64,000 nucleotides of DNA from Mobula birostris (Eukaryota). The position numbers were made by a program, and so were the translations under genes. Positions 53,563 to 64,000 of this stretch are shown here, piece after piece; position 1 is the stretch's first letter; every line of letters starts with the position of its first letter. The notes below the pieces were generated by a model. The model made no database searches and was not told the DNA's origin. It saw only the letters and a list, made by a program, of their open reading frames with translations. Location: assembly GCF_030028105.1 (NCBI RefSeq), contig NC_092398.1, forward strand, positions 15,938,182 through 16,002,181. Direction: 5' to 3'.

Positions 53563-53998
53563 CTCCACAGTATGAAAACACTTGTGTGTCAGAAGACCAG
53601 ATGATGGTGTGAATCTTTTCCCACACACACAACAGTTGAATGGTCACTCTCCCTTGGGAACTCTCTGGAGCGACAGCAGGTTGCCTGAGTGAGTGAATCT
53701 CTTCCCAGACATGGGACAGGTGAACAGTCTCTCACAGGTGTGAATTTTCTGATGTATTTCCAGCTTGGCTGACAAAATTAATTAATTCCCGCAGACAGAA
53801 CAGGTGAATCCTTTCATATATGGTGTCAACGGGCTAATATTTCTTCAGGCTGGATAACTGAGTACATTCCTCACCCACACAGCAGGTGACTTGCCTCTCT
53901 CCATATTAAACACACTGGGGTGTCTGCGAACCGGCGGCTGCGTGAGTGAACTCCTTGTGTTTGAGATTCCCAGATACAAATTCTTTGCTGTTTCAATC

Positions 53999-54603
53999 CT
54001 GTAAAAAAAATTACAAAAGACATTGATGGGTGAAGAACATTCCAGATGAGATAAGTATAGTCTCTATGGTGAGCTCTGATAGCACATTGTTACAACGAGG
54101 TAGAACAAAGGTGTTTTTTTTTCCAAGAACTAAAGCAGATGGAGGAATTTTGTTTCTTGTCCATGCCTCACTGACATTTTCCTAGACTGGAAGGTAGAGA
54201 GAGTCAGAATTATAATTTTCTCAGACTTGGATTTAGATAGCTGGAGCCTGGCAGTGTCTGAGAGATCCGTTTGATCCCATTTGCTCTACCTGCGCTTCCA
54301 AATACATCCTACAAAAAGTTGGGAAAGCGTTGGTAGTGGTATCCATGGCTGTCTCTGTACCCAGAAACCCCCACCAAGGGAGAGCCCCCTCTATCCTACC
54401 ACTGTTGCAGCGATGCGCATGTGCTGCAGACATGACGGCAAACCTTCGCTCATCAGCAGAAACCTGGGACTAAGAAAATTGGAATAAACCGAAACTGTCT
54501 CGGGGTGCAGAGCTACGGTGTGTCCGGCCTCACAGAAATTGCTTCTCAATTGCGGTGCTCACGCCGATACCAATGAAACCCCCAACCGGAACACCGTTCT
54601 TAC
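53999..54603 (-). other. Predicted 5' UTR intron of the ZNF gene
   Basis: Donor AG|GTAAG at 54604/54603; acceptor ttttttttacag|G at 53999/53998. Confidence 0.6.
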
Positions 54604-54710
54604 CTAAGACCGATTCCGCAGACCTTTTTCTCCACTGAGCGCATGTGCGAATTCGGAGCTGTCTGTGACCCTTACGCCTGCGCGTTTTATCGTTGGGTCT
54701 CGCCGGCGAA
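54604..54710 (-). promoter_or_regulatory. Putative ZNF exon 1 and CpG-rich promoter with NRF1-like sites
   Basis: GCGCATGTGCG at 54639; CGCCTGCGC at about 54675. Confidence 0.55.
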
Positions 54711-55439
54711 TTGTGCATCACAAAGGTTACTGGGTAAGCAAGGTTCAAAGTGCATTTATTATTAAAGCCTGGAGAAATTATACAACTTTGGGATTTATCT
54801 GTCTACAGATAGCCACAAAGCGAGAAACCCGAAGGAATCTAATTAAAACTCAGAAAGACCAACATTCATTGCGCTTAGCGCCGAACAGTTTACTGAACCA
54901 GACTGAGTTATTAGATCCGAATCCCTGGAATAGGCCCGAGCCTTGGTCTCAGCTCATCATATTAGCGGTGGAAACCGCCAGTAAGCTTGCAGAGAGGAAG
55001 CGCAACAGCCTGGGGTTGACTCATAGCCCCAGCGTCGCGGAATGAACATTGCGAGAGAGCGTGGGAAATCGGCCCAACCCTCCCCTCCGGTCCCGATACC
55101 CTGCCTTTGTAGGCTATCTGGGCCGTTTTTTTTTTATTGTCCAAACAACTGATTGTGCCTCACCGCAGCAAAACGATCCGGGCCAAGACCACGGCACCAG
55201 CCCGAAGCAACGGGCTACCAGTACGGCTCATCCCTCGAAATCGCTCACCTCATCATTGTTTGCCTTGACAATTTACCACGATTTACTGCATAATATGTTG
55301 TTATATGCTTTACTCAAATTTCTTTCCTTTGGGACTAGCAGTAAGCTGTCACTCACCTTCAGGAACATGATCTTAAACCGAAAATTCTGCGAATAGTGTC
55401 CATAAGCACAGGGTCCACACCACATGCCGCAAAAATATT

Positions 55440-57720
55440 CAGTTTTTATGTAGAGTACTTTGCAGCTTCTTTAACGCAGGAAGCTCCCACAAACAATCCT
55501 GCCCTTGTTTAACATAGCAAAGTGCAGTACCTTACACTGTCCAAATTGCAATCTATCCGCCATTCTTTGTCCATTGCCCCATTTCATCGAGATCCCATTG
55601 TAACCTTAGATAAACATCTTCACTGTGCCCTACATCCCCAGTTTTAGTGTTAGCTGTGAACTCATTGATAATGTTAAAAAAAATGTTAATATAGATGGCA
55701 AACAACAGTGGGCCCAGCACTGATCCCTCTAGCGCATTAGTCACAGACCTCCAATTCTCCAACATCAACTGCCGTCTCCTTCCATGAAGAGAAATTTGCA
55801 CCCATTGGCTTGCTCACCCCGGATTCCACGTGAACTGAGCTTCCAGACCATTCTACCTTGCAGGACCTCACAAAAGGCCTTGCTGAAGTCTGTGGAGACA
55901 ATGTGTCAATCCTCTTGTTCACCTCTCCAAAGAAAAAACTCAGATTGATGAGACACCATTTCCCGTATGCAAAGCCAGGCTGATGATCCCTAAATAGTCT
56001 TTGCCCTTTCATTGTTGGAAACATTCTTGTGAACCTCTTCAGGATTCTTTCCAATTCTACCGCATCCCTCAGATGAGAGGCCAAAACTGTTGATAATACT
56101 TCCAAGTGCATTCTGCTCCTCTCAAAAGGAATACTAGTGTTTCATTTCCCTTTAATACAAACGAATCAATGGCTGCAGGGAGTCCTGCAAAGAATTTGCA
56201 AGCGTCATATCAGATTGGAATTCTGGTTTGAGAGGGCGCTGATGAAGTACAGTGATTACTTGCTAGCGGCGAATGAAACAAAGAAAACAATTAAATATTA
56301 ATCATACTTTTTCTGGTAAGTGGCCATTGCCAACAATATACTAACTTCCCTGTAAGATTGGTGCTGTTGAGTTGCCTGTAGCATCTGGTATTTTTGCAGT
56401 GGGAACTGAAGTCCCAAAGGTGCAGAACGATTGCTTTGTGGAGTGTGAGGGACCAGTCGAGATGGCGAGGTCTGGACTGGTGAGCGGGGAATTGGCCAAG
56501 TATGGCCATTGCTGGTGCGGACTTGGAGGCAATGAGATCCGGCAGAACCGTGTCGAGGTTGATGGATTTCTTTAGATTTAATGGGATCTATTGGGGTTTC
56601 TTTGTTTTGTGGCTGCCTGTAAGGAAACAAATCTCGAGGTTGTATATAGTATACAACCTTGATAATAAATGTACTTTGCTAATATCTGTGGTTGATTAAG
56701 CATTCTTATTTGTTTAAATAACTGTAGGTGACTGCAAGGGTAAAAAGACCCTGGTGGGCGTTCTTTACTGGCCTCCGAATGTAGCCACAATGTGGTACAC
56801 AAGTTACAATGGGAAATAGAAAAGTTGCGTCAAAAAGGAAAAGTTATGTTAGTCAAAGTGTAGGCAGGTTAGGAAAAAAGTAGCGTTTGATGCTGGATCC
56901 CAAAGGACAGAATTTGAAGAATACCTGTGAGATGGCTTTTTAGAGCAGCTTATCATTGAGCACACTAGGAGATGGGCAATTTTGGATTGGGTGTTATGTA
57001 ATAACCCAGATTTGATTAGGAAGCTTCAGGTAATAGAACCCTTGGAAGACAGTGATTATATTTTGTAAGAATTCACCCTGCTGTTTGAGAAGGAGAATCT
57101 AAAATCAGACATACCACTATTATTGTGGAGCAAAGGGAATTACAGAGGCATGAGAGATTAGTTGGCCAAAGTTGATTGGATTCTATCAATGATGATGTCA
57201 GAACAGCAATGGTTGAGTTTCTGGGAGAAATTAAAAAGGTGCAGGTAAGATGCTTGCCAGAGATAAAGAAGTATTCTAGAGGACATCTGAGGCCACTGAG
57301 GCTGCCAACAGGTCATAGACAGCATAAAAGTAAATGGGAGGCATATAATATCACAAAAAGTCATGGGAGGTTAGAGGTTGGGAAGCTTATAAAAAGTAAC
57401 AGAGTTTTACGGTTTCAAGGTACTTGGAAGTGCATGAGAAACTTTCAGGGTGCTTGGAGGTACCTGAGAAAATAGTCCAAAGTCAGCATGGTTTTCTAAA
57501 AAGGAAGTATTCCCTGGCAAATTGTTAAATTCTTTGCGGAAATAACAGGCAGGATTGACAAAGGAGAGTCATTGGCTGTTGTACAGTTGGAATTTCATAA
57601 AGCCTTTGACCAGGTGCCACATGTGAGGCTGCTTAACAAAATATGAGCCCGTGTTATTTCAAGAAAGGTACTGGTATTGAAGGAAGATTGGCTGACAGGC
57701 AGAAGGCAAAATGTGGGCGT
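55440..57720. mobile_element. CR1 remnants in both orientations plus a Rex-tail element
   Basis: EGSVLGPLLFAIYIN; VELERILKRFTRM; degenerate APE/RT at 56750-57720. Confidence 0.65.
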
Positions 57721-58297
57721 GTGGAGCAAAGGTGGCATGAGAGAGCATCTTGTTTGGGCTCATTTGTGGAAATGTCCCTTTAATGTCTCTTTTTTTTTTG
57801 CTTTTCAATGTGGATGGCATTCTGGCAGTGCTGTTGTTTGGAGGTCAGTAAAGAACTTCCAACAGGGTCTTTTTTCACTCTTGCAGTTTCTTCTCTTATA
57901 AAATCTACAGGATTTCACATCTTCCTATACTATGTCACCTCCTTCCAAAGATTTGATTTCATTTTTTTTAACCAACAGAACTACCCGCTTCCTCTTGCCT
58001 ACCTGCCCGTCCTTTCGTTACAATATCTGTTCTTACATGTCAGCTCCCAACAATGATCTTTCAGCCGCAACTCAGAGATGCCCACAACGTCTTACCTGCC
58101 AGTCTTTAACTGGACCACGTGGTCATCTACCTTATTCCCTATACTTGGTAATTAAAATATAACTCCTTCAGTCCTGTATTCATCATCCTTTTTTATTTTG
58201 CCCTACACTTTAATTCATCCCACTGACTGTAATTTTTCCCTATCTTCTGTCTGCCCTTCCACACATTCTGACTGAACAATGCATCTAGTTGTATACC

Positions 58298-59092
58298 TGT
58301 TGACAATTCATCGACTAAACTAGGGTAGACGATTCACTACTCAAGTCTTGATTAACCAAAGCTGGCTCTTTATTGTCTCTGCACAAACAATATCAAAACT
58401 ATATTGACCCCAGCCAAAAATTTAAAACATGAATTTGACAGAGCCCTCGGTACCAATACTCAGTGAGTCCATTTCTCTGATTTATAACAATGAAATAGAA
58501 TCACCTGTTGACCAGACGATTGATCCTTTCTTTTTTCAGACCTGGGCATGGGGTCCTTGCAATAGTTTGTTTGTGGAATTCTTGCCACTTTTCATTTGAA
58601 GTTCCTGACTTTTAACACTTTTTATCAGTTCAAGTGTTGCGCGTCAATCTTGTTGGCTTGAAGTTGCTTGACTGACCGTCAGATTCCCATTGGATGTAGT
58701 CCAAGGGCTGCATGATTTTGTGCCATAGGTAACTTATTTTGTTTGTTCTATTCAACTCTGGTTCAAACCAGTCAAACGGAATCACCTAAACACTGGACCA
58801 AAATAACAAATTTACTTCTGCACGCATGCTCTTGTATACAATAACAGCTTATCTGAGAATGATTTCATGTTTAGCAGATCAATAACAGAAGTTCCTGGTG
58901 TCCACGTTCAACTGCTGTGGTTACGTTATCACAGAGCAAGAATTAGTTCTTCAAACCATTCACAAAATGGAGGCTACAGAGCAGTTTCACAAAATGGTAA
59001 CCTCTATTCCTTCAAGCAGAATGCAAGAACAAAGACAATTTGCCTACTTCCACTGTCCTTGATTCATTAGACTTCATTGTTTTCTTCCAACA
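58298..59092 (-). mobile_element. Putative 3' LTR of the provirus
   Basis: Minus strand TGTTGG...TCAACA; AATAAA about 70 nt before the end; homologous to 59770-60598. Confidence 0.65.
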
Positions 59093-59769
59093 TTCACCAA
59101 TGCAAATTTCAGGAGTGTCCTGTTATTGACAGGCAAAATAGGCAGAACAATTATCGTATGAAACAAGCCCACAATCTGTTAACCTGTTCTTAAGTACATC
59201 CTCCAGACAAACCCAATATTCTGCTTTTGAATGACTGGAAGTCAAACTTACTCTCTTTGCACATCCTTGCTATTTAGTAGCATAAGTATGTGGATTAGTA
59301 AGTGAAATGCAGAGTCCTTTTTGATATTTCCCAACATTATGAACCAAAATGTCCAAAAGCTCCTGGAGTCTTTTTCCATGCTGGTGAGGAACTTGTGGTG
59401 ATGTCAAGTTGAACAGCACTTGCAGAGGTTTATATCCTGGTACCTGCATAATTTGTCCTTCTGTTTCTTCTAGTGCAAGTTTGTATCTGTCTGAAACTCA
59501 TCACACTAGTGACTAGCAACAGTTGTCACTGCAATGGTTGACACAGCAACCGATTCCACCATGGCGTAAGCTATACACAGAAGACTTTGATGCTCCAGAG
59601 CAACTGCGATTGAGTTACCTGGGTCACATGATCTCTCTTCTAATTTGTCCACATCGCCAACACCATTACATTTGAAATGAACTTGTACATGAGTTATAAG
59701 CCCTCTTTCTCTTCAGGCCGGACCTGCAAAACACGACTTACCACTATTAGCATTCTAGCCAGAAAGAAC

Positions 59770-60598
59770 TGCAGTCTACAAATCAGTGAATTTAAGTGAA
59801 ACAAGGACAGTGGAAGTAGACAAACCAGTTATCTTTGTTCTTTCCATGGCCAAAGGAATGGCGGCTGCCGCTGTGTGAAGCTGCTCTCTATTCTCCATTT
59901 TGTAGACCAATTTTGTTTGACTGAATCAATATTTTAAAGTAGACACAACAATGCATCAGGTGATCTATTGTGCTAGATCATTTCTAAATAAGTCAGTTGT
60001 TTGTGAGATGCTATTTGCTGTGATATAACATGCAGGTTTGTGAATGGTGGGTTCTGTGTCTGCCCTGAGTCATTTGTGCTGAGTACAGGTTTGGTAACTG
60101 ATTTAGAACAAAGAGCCATAAGTTACCAGTTGTCACTTCTGGAAGAGAGCAAAAAATAGATACTGACTTGGATCTAAAGTCCCATAGGTCACTCAGGTGA
60201 CCTGGAGCAACATGTGAACCGATAAGAAGTGTTTAAAAGCAAGGAGCTTCAAATCCAAAGCAGCGACAACTCTCCAGGGACCAACTATCATGGATGTGAA
60301 GTACCCACAGACACGTTGCGATCGGATCGGGACCATAAGGAACACTTGGCCAGCATAAACTTATTTTCTAGGTATTACCTTTCCTGTGGTTTGACAGGGA
60401 AATTTAGTAGTTGGACACACAGGCATGCAGTTCTGTAAATTCACAAACCTTTCAGCTGAGATAATGAAGGATATTATCAGTAAATTAAGATTCTCTATAT
60501 GCTTAACTGATTATTAATACTAACGGGTAATCCTTGTAACAACCTTAATCCTCTAATCTTTTACCCACATTACCATTACTTGACCAGGATTATCAACA
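59770..60598 (+). mobile_element. Related solo LTR inserted antisense inside the provirus
   Basis: Shares blocks caaggacagtggaagtag, ctccattttgt and ataagttacc with the 3' LTR; ends TCAACA. Confidence 0.6.
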
Positions 60599-62282
60599 AA
60601 CATCGGTCTCATTTCCTTTATAAGGCTTCATCTCAGGTTTTCATGAATTTGTATTACCATTTCACTTCCCTCTTCCATATAGTCTACTGTTACCACGGCA
60701 TCTGATGGAATCCAAAGAGACTTCTCCATGAATGTTGTGAATAGCCATCCACCGCCATCCTAATCTTCATATCTTGCATTTGTCCAGATGAATATACAAT
60801 TGACACAATCTCCCTTCTACATCCCTCTTTCATTGGCTCCACCTTTGTTTAGGCGACTGCAAAGATTGTCTTGCCTTAACACTTTTTTTTTTATGTTGAG
60901 CATGAAGTGAACGATCTTTAACCTCCAGGTGCGAACCAGAAGTGGTTGCCCAACTCAGTGAGGAGTCAACTACCCCTTCATCCTCATTGTCATCAGTTGC
61001 TTGAAACATAAATCTCAGAGTATCACCATTGTCAAACAAGGCATTCCTTTGACAATGCTTCTGATGGACCTCGGCTACGAGTGAACATTGACCAACTCCA
61101 AGAGGTTTAAGATGGTTAATATGATACCAACTTGCTTATTTGGAGCTGTCTGGGTTTGATAACATGATAGACTGGCTTTGTCACTGACATCATATGGTCC
61201 AATAAATCTTGGATATGTAAAAGGACCCGGATAATGAACTGAGATCATACCTTCTCTACTCTTTCCAACTCTCTTGGTTTTATTCTCACGTCAAAATAAG
61301 CTTTAATTTACCATTTATTCTGTTTCATATTATGGGCTGCAACATAATTGCTTCATCAATAGTGTTAATTGCTATACAGTACTCTATTGTCCTTTACAAT
61401 GCCATTATAATCAGGCTCTGATAAATCCAGTGAAACCAAGAATTCTAACCATCTCATTTCTCTCCAGTGGAAAAAGCTTCAGTGTTACAGATTATCATAA
61501 GGGTAGAGGAAAAAAACAGTGACCCGCATGGTCCTGGGCTGTTTAGCCATTTTAGCTGACATTGATTTTAAAGTCCTGTTCATCTGTTCAACAATTTCAC
61601 TGGATTGGGGTCAGTAAGGAACGTGGAACCTTTGTTTTACCTCAAACAGTTTCATCAGATTTTGTTTCACCTGTGCAGTGAGGTAGGGACTTGCCTTCTT
61701 AATTATAAACTTCCAGCAAGGCTGCTGATGGTAAAAGTGTACCATCTGCTGAGACATAGCCTCCAGCTTCCCATAATGGTAAAGATTTGGTTCAACAGTT
61801 ACAACAGTACGTGCTACCTGAGCATATGACTGCTCCTGAGGGATATCGGTCTGGATAGTTGACAACAGAAGTTATAGCGTCACGCTCTGCCACTTCTACA
61901 CACATTGTTTCAGGTAGTTTGATTGCAGCACTTTGCAATCCTCTTTTTTTGTCCTGTCCATATATACCACATCCTGTAAGTCTCTCTCCATCCTGAACTG
62001 ATGATGATCCATCAACAGCGATCCTTAAAGAGGAAATTTCCTGTTGCATGACTTTATTTTCCACTCCTGATTTTAAGATGGGGATGAATGGTCCATTCAG
62101 AACTTGTACTACTGTCACCTGACATGCATGAGGGTCACCCTGATTAGATAAATTGTCAGTGGGCATAGTTGTGCTGTTAATTCTCTTAACTGCAGCATTG
62201 CGGCCCAATAATAGCTATGTCTATTGGACTAGTTGAGTTTTGCTGACATTCCCATCCTTCGTATGATCATCCAATTTTGGAA

Positions 62283-62560
62283 GGCATGGTAGTGTTGTGG
62301 TTAGCACAAGATTTACAGTACCTTGACCTGGGTTCAGTTCCTGCCACTGTCTGTAAGGAGTTTGTACGTTCTCCATGTGATTGCATGGGTTTCCTCTGAG
62401 TGTTCTGGCTTCCTCCCACAGTCCAGAGAATTTCTGGTTTGTAAGTTAGTTGGCCATTGGAAATTGTCCTGTGCTTTGGCTGGGATTAAATTAAGGGAAT
62501 ACTGGCAGCACGACTGAAGGGCTGAGAGGGCATATTCAACACTGTACCTCAAAGAAAAAA
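62283..62560 (+). mobile_element. tRNA-derived V-SINE (HE1-like) inserted in the ERV pol
   Basis: A/B-box head (gtggttagcac...gggttcagttcc) and V-domain ggagtttgtacgttctcc...tgggtttcctc...ttcctcccacagtcca. Confidence 0.8.
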
Positions 62561-62571
62561 AACTGAATTGG

Positions 62572-63013
62572 AAGGATGCTTCGGCTCCCACTTTGTCACA
62601 ATGGTTCTCTCAAGTGATGCTATGTCGTAGTTTGGAGAACATTAGAAGTTGAACCTTTGAACCTATGTTTGATTTTGAGAAAAGATGGGGTTCGTTTGCT
62701 CGTTATTATCATTTGAGTTAATTGATAGATTTCCTCCACGATCTAGTTGTAAATTTTTGGTACTTTTTTTTCTTGCTGGCGGTTTGATATTTATCTTAAG
62801 AAGCTTTTTGTATGATGCATGGCTCCGGGGTTGAACACCTAATGGGGACTTTTCCCCCACTTTTTCTTGCTTAATGGGGTTTTTTTAATCACCAAAATTT
62901 TTTCAATCTTTAAAATAATGTTTTTTTTCTTGAGGCATTGTAAGTGTTGCTTACTTCAATGTACTCATGTTAATTTTGGATAATAATAATAAAAAGATTT
63001 GAAAAGAAAAAAT
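62572..63013 (+). mobile_element. L1-clade LINE 3' fragment inserted at the SINE tail
   Basis: WKDASAPTLSQW..SLENIR..FEKRWGSF; AATAAA and A-rich tail; TSD ACTGAATTGG at 62562 and 63014. Confidence 0.75.
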
Positions 63014-64000
63014 ACTGAATTGGTGTATGATCTGTTTAAACTGGTCAGTGGATTAAGACCGACAACATAAGTGAGATGTTTAACTGACGGAAACAATGCT
63101 AGTGGATAATGCTAAAAGTTGTGCACGTAAGCGATCAAGATGCACGTCCTAATGGCTCCAGTCGACCATCTGTTTCTTGGAGTAACACGGCTGATATCAT
63201 GTTGCTGGTGGCAACCACCGCCAAAGTGAATGACCCGGAGGGTCTGGGGTGCTGAGAACAGGTGCTTCTGCAATGCTAGTTCTGCAATGCTAGTTTTATG
63301 AACTGAAACTGCCTTAGTGTTGCTGTGGTTTCCATTCCCATGAAACACCTTTCTTCAAGATCTTTATTTATTGGATAAGCCTTGGCATCTATGTGGTCTC
63401 TACAATAGCCCAGCAATCGGAGAAACAAACTCACCTCAGTAGGAAGAGTTAGTTTCACCACTACATCCACATGCTGTTTATCTATCTCTCTCCTCAGGAG
63501 TTATGACCACTTCCGAGAATTTGACCCTCTGCATAATGATTTGTACTTTTATTGGGTTAACCTTCAAAACCATCTCCTGTAACAGTTATAGTAGTTCTTT
63601 CAGTAACTCACAATGCTCCTCTACAGTATTCTGCTTAATCATAGTCTCAGGAATTGTGGTTACAATAAGAGTTGAAGGGGTAGCTTCATTCAAATATCAG
63701 TAATCTAGGTCAGTCTCCAACTCACATCATATTTCTGAACTGACCATATGGGTGAATTATTTGTGGATGTTATTTCTCCCGAAACTCCATGTGTTAAACA
63801 ACTCTGAATAATATTCTCCACATCTGCCAAATGGAAATCCATTTTACTGTTCGGGTTCAGGTCAGGAATTTGTATTCACTCCTGTCCTTGCATCCTGCCA
63901 CATTTGTGTTATGTTTTGCAAATACTGCATGGAAATCTGAAGTACATTGTCTGGCCTTTGAGTCCTCGGTCATATCTTCTGCCTTCCCCCATGTCTCTCC

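Larger units (their letters stand above)
58298..64000 (-). mobile_element. Decayed endogenous retrovirus-like provirus (spuma/Loki-like pol), extends beyond window
   Basis: RT STNNSPIWSVQKYDVSWRLT (about 63710-63770); LLGYCRDHI; SAVLLQE tether; RNase H AVDGSS..TGCGIY..EVAERDAI (61800-62030); IN QRFHVPY*PQSSEIVEQMNRTLK; PRFIGPY. Confidence 0.85.

Noticed and set aside
58298-60598. DIRS element with inverted terminal repeats
   Set aside because: No tyrosine recombinase seen; the adjacent pol has a DDE integrase, and the repeats have TG...CA LTR ends
62283-62350. tRNA gene
   Set aside because: A/B-box head continues directly into a V-SINE body; no complete cloverleaf

Overview
Vertebrate genomic DNA, most likely a cartilaginous fish such as a ray. 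This is inferred from CR1 dominance, an HE1/V-SINE-like element, Penelope tails and histone C-termini. Host content: (1) A dispersed replication-dependent histone cluster at 4-22.4 kb: H2A pseudogene(-), H2B(-), H4(+), H2A(-), H3.2(-), H1(-). All have 3' stem-loops, and several copies show signs of decay. (2) A fingers-only C2H2 zinc-finger gene at 52.7-54.7 kb (-). (3) A pair of inverted, motif-conserved orphan promoters at 34.2 and 37.3 kb. Most of the remainder is nested retroelements: CR1, Rex1/Babar, Nimb/I-type, L1, Gypsy and two solo LTRs with 5-bp TSDs. Penelope-like elements carry minimal hammerhead ribozyme motifs and form fold-back structures. At 58.3-64 kb is a decayed retrovirus-like provirus with spuma/Loki-like RT motifs, a second retroviral-type RNase H, integrase, an env-like stub and a 3' LTR, with an antisense solo LTR nested inside. 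Repeat boundaries are approximate and all alignments were done by eye.
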